Assembly (NCBI GenBank): GCA_964616075.1
Contig: CAZTRA010000001.1
Span: 49,599 to 113,598 of the forward strand
Reading direction: 5' to 3'
Length of the DNA: 64,000 nucleotides
From: an uncultured Candidatus Saccharibacteria bacterium
Lineage (GTDB): Bacteria > Patescibacteriota > Minisyncoccia > Phycocordibacterales > DSPV01
Shown here: positions 20,618 to 31,797 of the stretch, piece by piece
How positions within the stretch are numbered: the first letter of the stretch is position 1
Layout of the letters: each line of letters begins with the position of its first letter
Translations under genes and position numbers: made by a program
Notes under the pieces: generated by a model
Databases searched by the model: none
Seen by the model: the letters and a program-made list of their open reading frames with translations, nothing else
What the model was told of the DNA's origin: nothing

Positions 20618-21544
20618 TTATATATGCAGTGTTATACGCTCTAATGCTCGTAATTTTGCGCTCCGACTTCGTGGATTATTCTTTATTTCTTCAAATGTTG
20701 CCGTTATTGGTTTCTTGGTAAGCGCAATTGCTTCCTTTGCTTTCACCCGTTCTTTGATAAAACGTTTTACAATACCGTCTTCCCCACTATGAAAAGAAAT
20801 AACCGCGAGACGGCCACCAGGACGAACCATGCCCCACAGACCAGAGAGTGCATCAGTGAGTGCACCATACTCATCATTGACGGCAATACGAAGCGCCTGA
20901 AATGTCCTTGTTGCAGGATGAATACGCCCACGTCGGTAGGATGCAGGAACACTTGTCTCAATAATAGAAACTAGTGTAGATGTTCGTTCAATACTCTGAT
21001 GAACACGAGCGGCAACAATTGCCGCAGCAATACGACGAGCATAGCGTTCTCCCCCATAACCAAATAACACATTTGCAATATCATCCTCGTCCCAATCATT
21101 CACAATCCGACGCGCAGTCAACGCATCTGGCACAGGAACATCTGAAAGTGTCATTAAAAGTGGTTCATCTCTGAGAAATGAAAACCCCCTACCGCTCGTC
21201 TCAAGCTGATCGGAACGCATACCAACATCGAGCAACACCTTATCAACATACGACACGCCAGCAGCTCTAAGTGCATCAGGTGCCATGCGCGCGTTCATGT
21301 GATAAAAACGGACATTCGCACACTGAGCAGCCGCAATTGTGTCCCGAGCGACATCAAGCGCCGCTTGATCAACATCAAAACAATGCATTTGTATGTCTCC
21401 TGAAACTGATGCCGCAATTGCAGAGGCGTGTCCTCCACTTCCTACCGTACCATCAACAAACACATCCCCTTTGTGTGGTGCCAGCACCTGAAGTGTCTCA
21501 GTAAGTAACACAGAAACATGTACAGAAGACGTGTTCATAGTCAT
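20618..21544 (-). CDS. rsmH: 16S rRNA m4C1402 methyltransferase
   Basis: HVSVLL, DGTVGSGGH, HPATRTFQALRIAVN and NPRSRSAKLR. Confidence 0.96.
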   Translation of the reverse strand: MTMNTSSVHVSVLLTETLQVLAPHKGDVFVDGTVGSGGHASAIAASVSGDIQMHCFDVDQAALDVARDTIAAAQCANVRFYHMNARMAPDALRAAGVSYVDKVLLDVGMRSDQLETSGRGFSFLRDEPLLMTLSDVPVPDALTARRIVNDWDEDDIANVLFGYGGERYARRIAAAIVAARVHQSIERTSTLVSIIETSVPASYRRGRIHPATRTFQALRIAVNDEYGALTDALSGLWGMVRPGGRLAVISFHSGEDGIVKRFIKERVKAKEAIALTKKPITATFEEIKNNPRSRSAKLRALERITLHI

Positions 21545-21979
21545 CTAAATAAAACCAACATCACCAAGTTTTTGAGCGAGTGTATCGCCCTGCTGTTCAA
21601 TCCGTGTTTTATATGTTTGCCAACTTTGTTCATTCCAAATTTCCACACGTTCTTGTACCCCAACAAACACCGCGTTTGCGTCAATTTTTGCAAACGAACG
21701 AAGAAAATCTGGTATTAAAATTCGTCCCGCAGAATCTACCTCGAGCTCTGCCGCGCCACCAAAAATAAATCTTGAAAAACCTCGCGACTCAAGACTTCCC
21801 ATTGAAAGTTCAGACAGTTTCGTAGAAAGTCGCTCCCATGACTTGGCAGAATACAAAAACAGACACGCATCTAAACCGCGCGTCACCACAATTTTTTTTC
21901 CAATTTCATTGCGAAATTTTACCGGCAATGAAATCCTTTTTTTGTCATCAAATGAATGTATATATTCTCCAATAAGCAT
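21545..21979 (-). CDS. mraZ: transcriptional regulator MraZ
   Basis: MLIGEY.HSFDDKKRISLP, DSAGRILIP and RVEIW. Confidence 0.95.
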   Translation of the reverse strand: MLIGEYIHSFDDKKRISLPVKFRNEIGKKIVVTRGLDACLFLYSAKSWERLSTKLSELSMGSLESRGFSRFIFGGAAELEVDSAGRILIPDFLRSFAKIDANAVFVGVQERVEIWNEQSWQTYKTRIEQQGDTLAQKLGDVGFI

Positions 21980-22068
21980 AATAACAACTTCCTGTTGGCA
22001 TCCCGTTCCTTGCCGTCCGTTCAACGCAAAGAACAGGATGCACACACAGTAAAGAGCGGTGAATATTT

Positions 22069-22115
22069 ACCACTATTTCCCACTCATTCCCAATTTTATA
22101 ACACTTCATCCCACC
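22069..22115 (-). promoter_or_regulatory. MraZ-binding direct repeats
   Basis: (G)TGG repeats at 10-nt period upstream of mraZ (CCAC/CCAA at 22070, 22080 and 22090; a further copy near 22111). Confidence 0.7.
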
Positions 22116-22206
22116 ACCCTACCCTGTTATCCCCAAAACATAGCCACAACACAAGTTAAAACCGCTCGCAACATTTATTATATGCAAGCGGTCTGTTCAC
22201 AAAAAA

Positions 22207-23670
22207 TTATATATGCTTCTTTAATCGTAGGAGCGGAAACAGCTGCGTTTCTCGAATTGGCTTATGTGCTAAAAAAGAAAACAATCGTTCTCCAAAACCG
22301 TACCCGCACGTCGGAGGCATACCGTACTCAAGCATTTCAACAAACTCATAATCAGGCATCATAGCTTCCTCATCCCCCGAGGCAAGTAACTGCTGCTGTA
22401 TCTCAAAACGCGCACGTTGATCAATCGGGTCATTGAGCTCAGAATATCCTCGCCCCATCTCACTACCCGCAATAATAGGCTGAAACATTTCTACAGTATG
22501 TGTCTTATCTTTCTGCGCTTTAGCAAGTGGTGCCACAAGTACTGGGTGACCAACTAGAAACGCTGGGCCTGAAATTTTTTTTCTACAATATTTCCACAAT
22601 GTATCAGTAAGGCGCTCTTTATTATCTCCTTCATACGTAACTCCTAAACGATCTAGTGTTTTCTTCATATCTTCAACTGAATCGTGTATCACATCAATCC
22701 CTGTCATAGTTTTAATTTCGGACAAGTAATCAATTTCTTTCCATTCAGCCCCAAGATCAAACATATGGCCATGAACCTCAAACTGAGTCGTCCCGAAGAC
22801 TTCTCGTGCAATTGTTTGATACAAATCTTTTACAAGATTCATGCCAGCACGAAAATCAGTATACGCTGCATAAAACTCTACATTCGTAAACTCCTGAAGA
22901 TGCTCGGGACTTGTCCCTTCGTTACGAAACACACGCCCAATCTCAAACGTCTTTTCAAAACCCGCCGCCATCAAGCGCTTCTGCCACAACTCTCCCACAG
23001 AAATACGGAGAAATACATCCATATCGAAATCATTATGGTGGGTTTTAAATGGTCGAGCTTCAGCACCACCAGTCGTCGTCTCAAGGTACGGAGTTTCAAC
23101 TTCAAGAAAACCTCTCTTGTTGAAATACTCCCGTATAACTTGCCAAAACTTTGCTTTTTTCTTAAATAATTCGCGTTCCTCAGGTCGTGTTAATAGATCA
23201 AGATATCGTAAACGTAATCGCTCATCGGCATCTTGAAGACCATGCCACTTTTCAGGAAGTGGAAGCAGTGACTTTGTTGCCATACACCAAGTAGACACTT
23301 GTATTGTCTTCTCTCCTCGCTTAGTGGTAAACAATATTCCCGTAAAAGAAATAAAATCACCAATATCAACAGCTTGTGTAAACAAATCAAACAATTGTCC
23401 CGTCATATCATCCTTCTTCAAAAACGCCTGAAATGATGCTGTCCCATCAGTAAACGTCACAAACGTAAGCACTCCTTGAGCGCGTATAGCCATAATACGC
23501 CCTGTCAGAGAAATAACAGTCTTTTCTGTGACAAAAGTATCAAAACGATCAACGACATCTCTTACAGACATGGTACGCGGCACAAAAGAAGGGTATGGTT
23601 CCATACCCGCATCTTTGAGTATGCGTACTTTTTGAAGACGCCCTGTCCTAATTTCTTCTTGAGATGCCAT
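22207..23670 (-). CDS. lysS: lysine--tRNA ligase (class II)
   Basis: RYLDL, GGAEARPFKTHH, FRNEG and YGMPPT.G.GFG. Confidence 0.96.
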   Translation of the reverse strand: MASQEEIRTGRLQKVRILKDAGMEPYPSFVPRTMSVRDVVDRFDTFVTEKTVISLTGRIMAIRAQGVLTFVTFTDGTASFQAFLKKDDMTGQLFDLFTQAVDIGDFISFTGILFTTKRGEKTIQVSTWCMATKSLLPLPEKWHGLQDADERLRLRYLDLLTRPEERELFKKKAKFWQVIREYFNKRGFLEVETPYLETTTGGAEARPFKTHHNDFDMDVFLRISVGELWQKRLMAAGFEKTFEIGRVFRNEGTSPEHLQEFTNVEFYAAYTDFRAGMNLVKDLYQTIAREVFGTTQFEVHGHMFDLGAEWKEIDYLSEIKTMTGIDVIHDSVEDMKKTLDRLGVTYEGDNKERLTDTLWKYCRKKISGPAFLVGHPVLVAPLAKAQKDKTHTVEMFQPIIAGSEMGRGYSELNDPIDQRARFEIQQQLLASGDEEAMMPDYEFVEMLEYGMPPTCGYGFGERLFSFLAHKPIRETQLFPLLRLKKHI

Positions 23671-23687
23671 ACACGAGAGTCGAACAA

Positions 23688-24149
23688 CTATCCAATTGAG
23701 ACAATTTTCGCAGTCATCATCCCAGCGGGAGTTCGCCACTCTATGGTATCACCTTTTTTCTTTCCGACGAGTGCTTCACCAATTGGTGAATTCGCAGAAA
23801 TTTTTCCTTTTGCTACGTCAACTTCTTCGCTACCAACAATATGGTATACACGTTTTACACCATTTTGAGTGACTGTAACCTGTGAACCAATACCGACGGC
23901 AGACGTATCGTGCCCATTGATAATTGATGCCGCCTTGAGTAATTCTTCGAGTTTTGAAATCCGATCCTCAGTACTTGCTTGCAACTCTCGAGCCTCGTGA
24001 TACTCAGCATTTTCAGACAAATCACCAAGCGATTTAGCATACTCCAAATTTTCAGCGACCTCTTTACGCTTAATGGTCTTTAATTCTTCGAGTTCTTTTT
24101 GCAACTCTTGATACTTTTCTTTGGTGAGATATTCAGTATTTTGTGTCAT
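23688..24149 (-). CDS. greA: transcription elongation factor GreA
   Basis: GDLSENAEY and ISANSPIGEAL. Confidence 0.96.
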   Translation of the reverse strand: MTQNTEYLTKEKYQELQKELEELKTIKRKEVAENLEYAKSLGDLSENAEYHEARELQASTEDRISKLEELLKAASIINGHDTSAVGIGSQVTVTQNGVKRVYHIVGSEEVDVAKGKISANSPIGEALVGKKKGDTIEWRTPAGMMTAKIVSIG

Positions 24150-24269
24150 AAATGTGACCGCCACGGATAATAGCCTTTCGTTGCAAGCAATTGTAGCACG
24201 AAAGTACACATCGTCAACAACACACTACCGTAGTAAATACCATACACACAAAATTTCCTACATACCACC

Positions 24270-25970
24270 CTACTGAGAAACAGAGAGATACGCGGGAGTA
24301 TGCTCTTTCATCCATTCAACAACCTCTCGCATAGCCACCACCGCACCATAAAGATTTGCTCGGGGACCGCGCTCCATGAGTAACACAAACGCGTAACGAG
24401 GTTTTTCATAAGGGAAATAACCCATAACCCATGAATTAACTTCCTCTTTTTTTGCACCCAACTCAGCAGTTCCCGTCTTTGCCGCAATCATCGTACCAGA
24501 TATATTCAACGCAGCTGCGGTACCATGAAGAACACCCTGACGCATTCCCTCCCTTACTATCCGTAAATCACCCGATGGAATAGTAATCAAGGTTGAACTA
24601 CCAACCCGAAAATCATTCCCATGAAGCACAATGGTTGGCGAGAGCAATGTACCGCTATTAGCCAAGGCTGCAACCGCACGCACTGCTTGTACAGGAGTCA
24701 CTTGAAAATCAAATTGACCGATGGCTGTATTATATGTATCACCAAGGCGCCACGGCTCATCAGGAAACGCGGTCGCTTTCCATGTCGGATCAGGTACCAC
24801 ACCCTCTTCTCCTGCAAAGAAATCGCCCGGAACTTCAAAACCAAAACCAAAACGTTTCAGATAATATGCAATCTTCTCGATACCAAGTCCCTTTTGATCT
24901 TCAAAGCCTCCACCTATAGTAAAAAAATATACGTTACTCGATACAGCGATTGCATCACGCATAGCAACATACCCGTGTGCTTTCCAATCACGAAATACAG
25001 TCGGCAAATCAGGATTGTACGGGTTAGGGATGGTCAATGCCCCCGTTGAAAGAATCTCTTTTTCTGGGGAAATAATTTTTTCTGCAAGTGCCCCGAGTGC
25101 CAAAAAAGGTTTCACAATAGACCCCGGTGTGTACAACCCTTTCACCGCTCGGTTTAAAAAAGGAGAACGTTTATCATTCTGATACTGCATAATACGTGCC
25201 GTATTAGTTGCCCCAGATAAAATTGATTGATCAAATTCAGGGTAATTAGTCAGTGCGATAATCTCTCCGTTTGTAACATCCATCATAACTCCCGCCCCGC
25301 CACGAAACCCGACTCGTTCCGCAAGATCATGAATAGCTTGATGCATCTTATGTGTAAGTTCAGCATCAATAGAGAGCATAATAGACCTCCCCTCAACAGG
25401 TTCTTTAGATACCCCTTCTGAGACAAGATTTCCATGCACGTCTGTCTCGACCATCTTATTTCCATTCTTTCCTGTTAAAAGAGAGTCAAAAAATTGTTCA
25501 GCCCCAGCCGCACCACTATACGTAGCACTATAATATTGCCCAGAAGTATCACGCTGAGGTAACTTTGCATACCCTACAATATGAGCTAACCCAGACACAT
25601 CGCTATATAAACGAGGCGGAACAGGATTAAACGCAGAAGGAAGACCATTCCATGCGAGCGGTACACCATGCCTATCGAACAATGTGCCACGATTTGCAAA
25701 CACAATGTACTCTTTGAAACGATTATTATCACTCAACGTCGCAAAGGCTTCACCTTTATAAACCTGTAAGTAAAACAAACGTGCCGTACACACGACAATC
25801 ACCAAAAAAATAAAAATACCACACCCAAGAATGGCTTGTTTTGAAATAGGTTTTTCTAAACGTCCCTCAAATCGCTCGGTCTCAAATTCAGGCAAATTAC
25901 GAGCATCAATCAACACTTCGTCTGGATCAATTTCACCACTTATTCTCCGCTTTTTATAATAAGAAAACAT
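24270..25970 (-). CDS. mrdA: penicillin-binding protein 2 (elongasome)
   Basis: PGSIVK, SSNVYF and KTGTAE; downstream of mreBC. Confidence 0.9.
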   Translation of the reverse strand: MFSYYKKRRISGEIDPDEVLIDARNLPEFETERFEGRLEKPISKQAILGCGIFIFLVIVVCTARLFYLQVYKGEAFATLSDNNRFKEYIVFANRGTLFDRHGVPLAWNGLPSAFNPVPPRLYSDVSGLAHIVGYAKLPQRDTSGQYYSATYSGAAGAEQFFDSLLTGKNGNKMVETDVHGNLVSEGVSKEPVEGRSIMLSIDAELTHKMHQAIHDLAERVGFRGGAGVMMDVTNGEIIALTNYPEFDQSILSGATNTARIMQYQNDKRSPFLNRAVKGLYTPGSIVKPFLALGALAEKIISPEKEILSTGALTIPNPYNPDLPTVFRDWKAHGYVAMRDAIAVSSNVYFFTIGGGFEDQKGLGIEKIAYYLKRFGFGFEVPGDFFAGEEGVVPDPTWKATAFPDEPWRLGDTYNTAIGQFDFQVTPVQAVRAVAALANSGTLLSPTIVLHGNDFRVGSSTLITIPSGDLRIVREGMRQGVLHGTAAALNISGTMIAAKTGTAELGAKKEEVNSWVMGYFPYEKPRYAFVLLMERGPRANLYGAVVAMREVVEWMKEHTPAYLSVSQ

Positions 25971-25976
25971 ATTACT

Positions 25977-26264
25977 TTAACGGGCATAATGACGAATATA
26001 TAACCCCACCGTAACCACAACCAATACAAGCAATGTTTCGACAAATACGTACCCAAAAAATCGATCTTCAGGTATAGCAAAAACAATGTCATGCAATAAC
26101 CCCCCAATCAGTGGTTCAGTAACCCACCCACGCCACAAAACCCAAACAAAACCAAAAAAAATGAGCATCCACCATGGTAATAGTAACGAAACAGCACAAA
26201 AAAATAATATACCTGCAATTCGGTACACGAATACTTCTTGTAAAGTAGTTATAGTACCACTCAT
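25977..26264 (-). CDS. small membrane protein at the mreD position
   Basis: Hydrophobic, GGLLHDIV motif, between mreC and mrdA. Confidence 0.55.
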   Translation of the reverse strand: MSGTITTLQEVFVYRIAGILFFCAVSLLLPWWMLIFFGFVWVLWRGWVTEPLIGGLLHDIVFAIPEDRFFGYVFVETLLVLVVVTVGLYIRHYAR

Positions 26265-27088
26265 AGCGAGGACGAGGTTGTTGCCACTAATTTCTTAAAA
26301 GGCATAATCGCCACAAAACCAATTTCTTGCATATTCACCATGGGCGCAATACCGAGCACTTTAAGCGAACCTGCGGAAGCAACACCAAGCGCCGCAATCG
26401 TACCTACGGGAGTTGCACGATTTTCTGACAAAACAACAACGTCCCCAACATCCACATCCATACCTCTGGGTACCACGGCCTGCATCATACCCCCACCAAC
26501 ACCAGACACCACAATCGGTACATTTTTCTTATGCAATACAAACGTATGTGATTCACCGGAACTTGAAAAGAAACGAATACGCGCTGTTTTTCCAAATACG
26601 GCATCAACAAAACCAATCACCGCACCCCCCGCTACCGCAACATAATCACCCACTTCTACAAACGAAGATTCTTTAATCGCAACAAACGCGGTGTCATACA
26701 GCGACACCGGTGGTCGAGAAATAATTGGAGCAACAATCTTTGCATCAACATCTGTAAAGCCAAAGGCAAGATCCTCCAAATCACTACGCAGGATATCAAT
26801 CAATACGTCTTTTCCTCCTTCCTCAGCTAATTGACGCTTTAATTCACGATTCTCAATGATAAGTGATGATTTTGTTTTAATAAGTGCCAATAGACCAAAA
26901 AAAGATTCTTTCACAACCCCTTGCTCCTTTAAAATAGGCTTGGTGACAGTAAGCATCACAGGAGTCGCAAGGTACTGCACGTGTACATATGAAAGTATGG
27001 ATAACACAGAGATAATAACGACCCCTTTGAAAAGAATCGTTGGTTTTGACACACCACCACCATAACTAAAACGATTGTTCTTCGTCAT
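26261..27088 (-). CDS. mreC: rod shape-determining protein MreC
   Basis: TM, coiled coil LIIENRELK and beta domains; follows mreB. Confidence 0.85.
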   Translation of the reverse strand: MTKNNRFSYGGGVSKPTILFKGVVIISVLSILSYVHVQYLATPVMLTVTKPILKEQGVVKESFFGLLALIKTKSSLIIENRELKRQLAEEGGKDVLIDILRSDLEDLAFGFTDVDAKIVAPIISRPPVSLYDTAFVAIKESSFVEVGDYVAVAGGAVIGFVDAVFGKTARIRFFSSSGESHTFVLHKKNVPIVVSGVGGGMMQAVVPRGMDVDVGDVVVLSENRATPVGTIAALGVASAGSLKVLGIAPMVNMQEIGFVAIMPFKKLVATTSSSL

Positions 27089-28124
27089 TCAAAATCAATA
27101 TATCTTTATATCGAGTCAAATCTTCAAGAATAACGCCTGTCCCGCGCGCCACAGCCGTCAAAGGCTCTTCAGTGATATGTACCGGAATATGCGTATATTC
27201 TTGAATCGCCCGATCAATACCTCGCAAAAGCGCACCGCCACCAGTCAAATGCATACCGCGCTGCATCACATCGGCAACAACCTCAGGAGGAGCAGTCTCC
27301 ACCACCTCTTTTACCGATTCAAGAAACACTTCAATTGAAGGACCAATTGCTTCACGAATATCCGAATCAGTAATAACAACCTCACGAGGCAGCCCCGTGA
27401 CCAAATCCCGGCCTTTCATTGTCGCCTCAATAGGATCATCTCCCGGTAGCACAGATCCAAGTGCAAGTTTCATATCTTCTGCTGTTTTTTCTCCAACTAA
27501 AATTTTAAACTCGCTACGGATATATGACATGATATCTGCATTCAAACGATCCCCGGCAATTTTTAAATTTTTTGAACGCACGATACCCCCCAACGAAATA
27601 ATAGCAATATCTGTCGTGCCCCCACCAATATCAATAATCATGCTACCAACCGGTTCGTGTACCGGCAATCGGATACCAATTGCAGCTGCCATTGGCTCCT
27701 CAACAATGTGCACCTCTCGAGCACCAGTGTTCCTTGTCGCATCACAAACTGCACGAACCTCGACATTTGTCACCCCACACGGCACACCAACCACCACACG
27801 TGGACCAAACATGCGCTTATTCTTCTCTTGAGCACGTCGCATCAAATAGGCAATCATTTCTTCCGTAACTTCAAAATCAGAAATAACCCCATCGACCACC
27901 GGTCGCACAGCACGAATGTGTCCCGGAGTCCGACCGAGCATATCTTTTGCTTGTTTACCAACCGCTACCACCTGGCCCGTCTTATCATTCACGGCAACAA
28001 CCGATGGTTCATTCACCACAATACCTTGCCCTTTTACATAGACGAGTGTATTGGCCGTACCAAGATCGATACCAATATCACTAGACCATAATTCATTTAT
28101 TTTTTTCTTTAAACGATTGATCAT
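27066..28124 (-). CDS. mreB: rod shape-determining protein MreB
   Basis: DLGTANT, EPMAAAIG, DIGGGTTD and TGGGALL. Confidence 0.96.
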   Translation of the reverse strand: MINRLKKKINELWSSDIGIDLGTANTLVYVKGQGIVVNEPSVVAVNDKTGQVVAVGKQAKDMLGRTPGHIRAVRPVVDGVISDFEVTEEMIAYLMRRAQEKNKRMFGPRVVVGVPCGVTNVEVRAVCDATRNTGAREVHIVEEPMAAAIGIRLPVHEPVGSMIIDIGGGTTDIAIISLGGIVRSKNLKIAGDRLNADIMSYIRSEFKILVGEKTAEDMKLALGSVLPGDDPIEATMKGRDLVTGLPREVVITDSDIREAIGPSIEVFLESVKEVVETAPPEVVADVMQRGMHLTGGGALLRGIDRAIQEYTHIPVHITEEPLTAVARGTGVILEDLTRYKDILILNDEEQSF

Positions 28125-28133
28125 GGGAAATGA

Positions 28134-29405
28134 TTACCACAAAGTAGCATACTGTTGGCTCACAAACGCGGACACCTGCTCAATTGATACAAGAAATACT
28201 TCATTATTCTTCCTTACACGTATCTCCGCTTGACGATCTTTGAGTGTCTTTTGACTCACAACAACCTGAAGCGGCATACCAAGTAAATCAGCATCGGCAA
28301 ATTTTTCTCCTGGTCGACTAAATCGATCATCCAGTAGTACCGAAATTCCCTTCTGTGATAACAATGTATACAAAAACTCCGCCTCTCGCATCACCCCCTG
28401 ATCATCAGCTTGAAGCGCTAAAAGATGCACCGTAAACGGCGCGATCGCCTTAGGCCACACTAACCCCTTTGAATCACCAAATGTCTCAACAATCGTGCCC
28501 ATGATACGTCCTGGCCCAATACCGTAACTTCCCATAATCACCGCGTGTTCCTTGCCAAATTCGTCTTTATACTTCAAATCCAATGCCTTAGAAAAGCGTA
28601 CGCCGAGTGAGAAAATATTTCCTACTTCAACCGCCTTCTTCTCAACAAGCTCACCTCGCGCTACACCAATATCGGAAAGCACTTCGTCAATCAATACCTC
28701 TTTATTGACCGCAAGCTTTTTAGCCTCATGCACATAAATCACATCCTCACCTGCAGTAGACACCGTTTGAAACTCGTGACTATACTTACTGAAAGATCCG
28801 CCAGACGCAAAAGTAATATACGTGGTGTCACCCAACCCTACACGTGAAAAAATACGCGCATACGCCTGTTTTGCTTTCTCGTAAAAGACAGCATGTTCTT
28901 CTTCTGTTTTCGAGAACGAATACAAATCCTTCATAAGAAATTCGCGTCCACGCATGACACCGCTCTTGGCTCGTTCTTCGTTACGAAACTTCGTCTGAAA
29001 CTGATAGACATAGCGTGGCAGATCACGGTAGCTACTGATATGATCACGCATCATATTCGTGATCGGCTCTTCGTGCGTAAAGCTAAGTCCGATATCTCCC
29101 CCAACTTTAAGTTTTGTTTTAAACCAAATATCAACCGCTTTATCATCCCAGCGATTGCTTGCTCTCCATACATCAGGGTTCTGCAACGCGGTCATTACAA
29201 GCTCACTACCTCCAATAGCATTCATTTCTTCACGAATAATAGACACGATCGCATTGAGTACACTAATTCCGAGTGGTAAATATGCGTACACTCCCGCCAT
29301 TTCCTTGTGCACATAACCAGCACGAATCAACAACTGTGCATTTTTCGCGACTTCATCAGACGGTGCTTCTCTTCGTGTTTTGGTGAAAAGTTGTGATTGT
29401 CTCAT
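28134..29405 (-). CDS. proS: proline--tRNA ligase, short form without editing domain
   Basis: MRQSQLF, FRNEERAKSGVMRGREFLMKD and GSYGIG; 423 aa. Confidence 0.94.
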   Translation of the reverse strand: MRQSQLFTKTRREAPSDEVAKNAQLLIRAGYVHKEMAGVYAYLPLGISVLNAIVSIIREEMNAIGGSELVMTALQNPDVWRASNRWDDKAVDIWFKTKLKVGGDIGLSFTHEEPITNMMRDHISSYRDLPRYVYQFQTKFRNEERAKSGVMRGREFLMKDLYSFSKTEEEHAVFYEKAKQAYARIFSRVGLGDTTYITFASGGSFSKYSHEFQTVSTAGEDVIYVHEAKKLAVNKEVLIDEVLSDIGVARGELVEKKAVEVGNIFSLGVRFSKALDLKYKDEFGKEHAVIMGSYGIGPGRIMGTIVETFGDSKGLVWPKAIAPFTVHLLALQADDQGVMREAEFLYTLLSQKGISVLLDDRFSRPGEKFADADLLGMPLQVVVSQKTLKDRQAEIRVRKNNEVFLVSIEQVSAFVSQQYATLW

Positions 29406-29539
29406 AAAAATATATAAAAATGACGGTCATGTACACCAATAACGGCTTAATATTACAGTAAAAAAGAAGTCAATGATATGTATTGACATACATCATTAAA
29501 TAGTGATATTATAAATTTAGATACGTCAATATTAAAGTT

Positions 29540-29698
29540 ATGAAAAAAGACTCTTGTATTGGGGACATTGTAGGTGCGCTTTTATTCATGTTCGCGGTCA
29601 TATCACTGCCCCTAATACGGGGATATCAGTATGCACGTTCTTCTTCGACCACTAATGCAAATCAAGTAACCAACAACATCCCGATCGTGCCGAAATAA
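29540..29698 (+). CDS. 52-aa single-TM small protein
   Basis: MKKDSCIGDIVGALLFMFAVISLPLIRG... with a TTGACA(29483)..TGaTATTAT promoter and terminator at 29702-29740. Not in the ORF track. Confidence 0.55.
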   Translation: MKKDSCIGDIVGALLFMFAVISLPLIRGYQYARSSSTTNANQVTNNIPIVPK

Positions 29699-29744
29699 TA
29701 GAACCGCCAAACATCATGCTATGATCTTTGGCGGTTTTTTATAT

Positions 29745-30017
29745 CTACACTTTATAGATAGCTACTTCTATCGTATCGAGCGTTCCATCTGGATCACGTT
29801 CATATTGCCTAAATGTCTCAGGGTGCTTACGTACATATTCATCAAATACAACACCAAACTGATCAATCCATGAAGTCATTTTCACACTATCTGGATCAAA
29901 ACCAGATTGTCGGGCACATAATTTCAATGCCATTTGATTACGTAATACACCACACTCCTCGATAGATACTTCGTGCTCAAGTGTAGTATCTACATATGTA
30001 AACCGTTCAGAATGCAT
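29745..30017 (-). CDS. hypothetical protein
   Basis: ORF directly downstream of rseP. Confidence 0.6.
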   Translation of the reverse strand: MHSERFTYVDTTLEHEVSIEECGVLRNQMALKLCARQSGFDPDSVKMTSWIDQFGVVFDEYVRKHPETFRQYERDPDGTLDTIEVAIYKV

Positions 30018-30021
30018 ATAC

Positions 30022-31149
30022 TCACATAAGACGAGCAACATCACGAAACGTAACTACTACCATAAGCACCATCAGTAACAAAAATCCAGTAACATTGAAA
30101 CTTTGAGCAATCTTTACTGGAATACGACGTCGTGTCACTGACTCAATAAACACAAAAAGTAACCTTCCACCATCCAGTGCCGGAAATGGTAATACATTCA
30201 ACACTGCCAAATTTACGGAAATAAACGCGGTAAAAGTGACGAGATACGCCCACCCTAATTCACGTACTTCACCAACAACACTTGCAATACCAACCGGACC
30301 AGACACAGCAGAAAAATCAGCTTTCCCACGTATAACCTGAGAGAGGAATTGTGACATACCAATCACAATCTCACGAGTCATCACATACGTCGCGCGCGCA
30401 CCCTCAACAAGTGCAAGATGTACTGGAAGTTTCAAGATACCCACCGTATCGAGTGATATACCCACAACTGCTCGCGGAGCTGCACGGCCCGAAACATTTT
30501 CACTGACAAGCACACTACCCTCTTCTGCAACCGCACTCACTGTCACCCGCTCAGCACCACGCTTCATAAGAAACGTAATCTGTTTGTTAGCACGCGGTGC
30601 AATAAAATCTGATACATCACGAGACATCAAAGGAATCACGCCCTGCCCATCACTCGATCCTACATACAGGATTTCATCTCCAGGCAAGAGTCCAGCACGT
30701 ACGGCAGGTGAATCAGGTCGAACGCTTGTCACAATCACACGCGCGTCTTGTACCCGCTCACCATACTTTGTTCCCTCGACCGAAGCAGGTAATCCCGAAA
30801 CAAATCCAGCGGAAAGTAGTACCCACGCAAACACCACATTCATAATAATGCCCGCCGCAAACACGAGCGCTTGCGCGGCACGATTCTTATGCGCCAAACT
30901 CCGTGCACTGTCTGCACCAGTATCCTTCTCATCATACTGTTCACCGTGAATCGAAACGTAGCCACCAAACGGTATCAGATTGATCGCGTAGTCAGTATCA
31001 CCAACTTTTTTTCCAACCAAGCGAGGCGGGAATCCGATGGCAAATTTATCAACCCGAGCACCCACTGCCTTAGCTGCAAGAAAATGCCCAAGCTCGTGTA
31101 CAAACACAAGTATGGCAAGAATGATAATAAATGTAATAGTTGTTTCCAT
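30022..31149 (-). CDS. rseP: RIP metalloprotease RseP (M50 with PDZ)
   Basis: HELGH, PFGGYV and NVLPFPALDGG. Confidence 0.93.
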   Translation of the reverse strand: METTITFIIILAILVFVHELGHFLAAKAVGARVDKFAIGFPPRLVGKKVGDTDYAINLIPFGGYVSIHGEQYDEKDTGADSARSLAHKNRAAQALVFAAGIIMNVVFAWVLLSAGFVSGLPASVEGTKYGERVQDARVIVTSVRPDSPAVRAGLLPGDEILYVGSSDGQGVIPLMSRDVSDFIAPRANKQITFLMKRGAERVTVSAVAEEGSVLVSENVSGRAAPRAVVGISLDTVGILKLPVHLALVEGARATYVMTREIVIGMSQFLSQVIRGKADFSAVSGPVGIASVVGEVRELGWAYLVTFTAFISVNLAVLNVLPFPALDGGRLLFVFIESVTRRRIPVKIAQSFNVTGFLLLMVLMVVVTFRDVARLM

Positions 31150-31161
31150 GAGATATGAACA

Positions 31162-31713
31162 CTATTCGGCAATCTCCTTTTCCTTACGATCAAACAGGGC
31201 CTGTAACGCATCCTGCGCTTTCTGAGTCAATTTTTCCATCTCCTCTTTCAAACGAAATTTCTCATCTTCACTCATACCCCCCTTCTTCTCTTTTTCCTGT
31301 ATATCTTTCCATGATTCATCACGCGCTGCACGTACCTGCTTACGAGCATCTTCAAGTTTTTCTTTCGCGACTTTTATCAACATCGTACGACGCTCCGCGG
31401 TAAGTTGTGGAAATGTAACCCGTACCCCTTTTTCATCAACCGCAACTGCTAATCCTGTCCCTGCATTAGTAATCGCGGTGGCAATATCTTTACTTTGCGT
31501 CGCGTCCCACGGACTGATACGGAGCGTACGTGCGTCCTCAACAGAAATAGCCGCCAACTCTCGAATCTGCATGAGAGTACCGTATACCTGCACCGACACC
31601 GTATCGAGTACCGCAGGAGTTGCTCGTCCTGTGCGAATCGATCCAAACTCTCGCAAGAGCCACTCTTCAGCAGATTTTGTTTTTACAGAAAATGGTTTCC
31701 AATCGTACGCCAT
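31162..31713 (-). CDS. frr: ribosome recycling factor
   Basis: IRTGRATP, PQLTAERR and SEDE. Confidence 0.95.
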   Translation of the reverse strand: MAYDWKPFSVKTKSAEEWLLREFGSIRTGRATPAVLDTVSVQVYGTLMQIRELAAISVEDARTLRISPWDATQSKDIATAITNAGTGLAVAVDEKGVRVTFPQLTAERRTMLIKVAKEKLEDARKQVRAARDESWKDIQEKEKKGGMSEDEKFRLKEEMEKLTQKAQDALQALFDRKEKEIAE

Positions 31714-31797
31714 GATACTAAAAAATTAGTAGTATGTGTCTATTGTATCAAAAGTAGCCATAACAGAAAGGTAAAAGAAAAATATAGAATAAAAAAA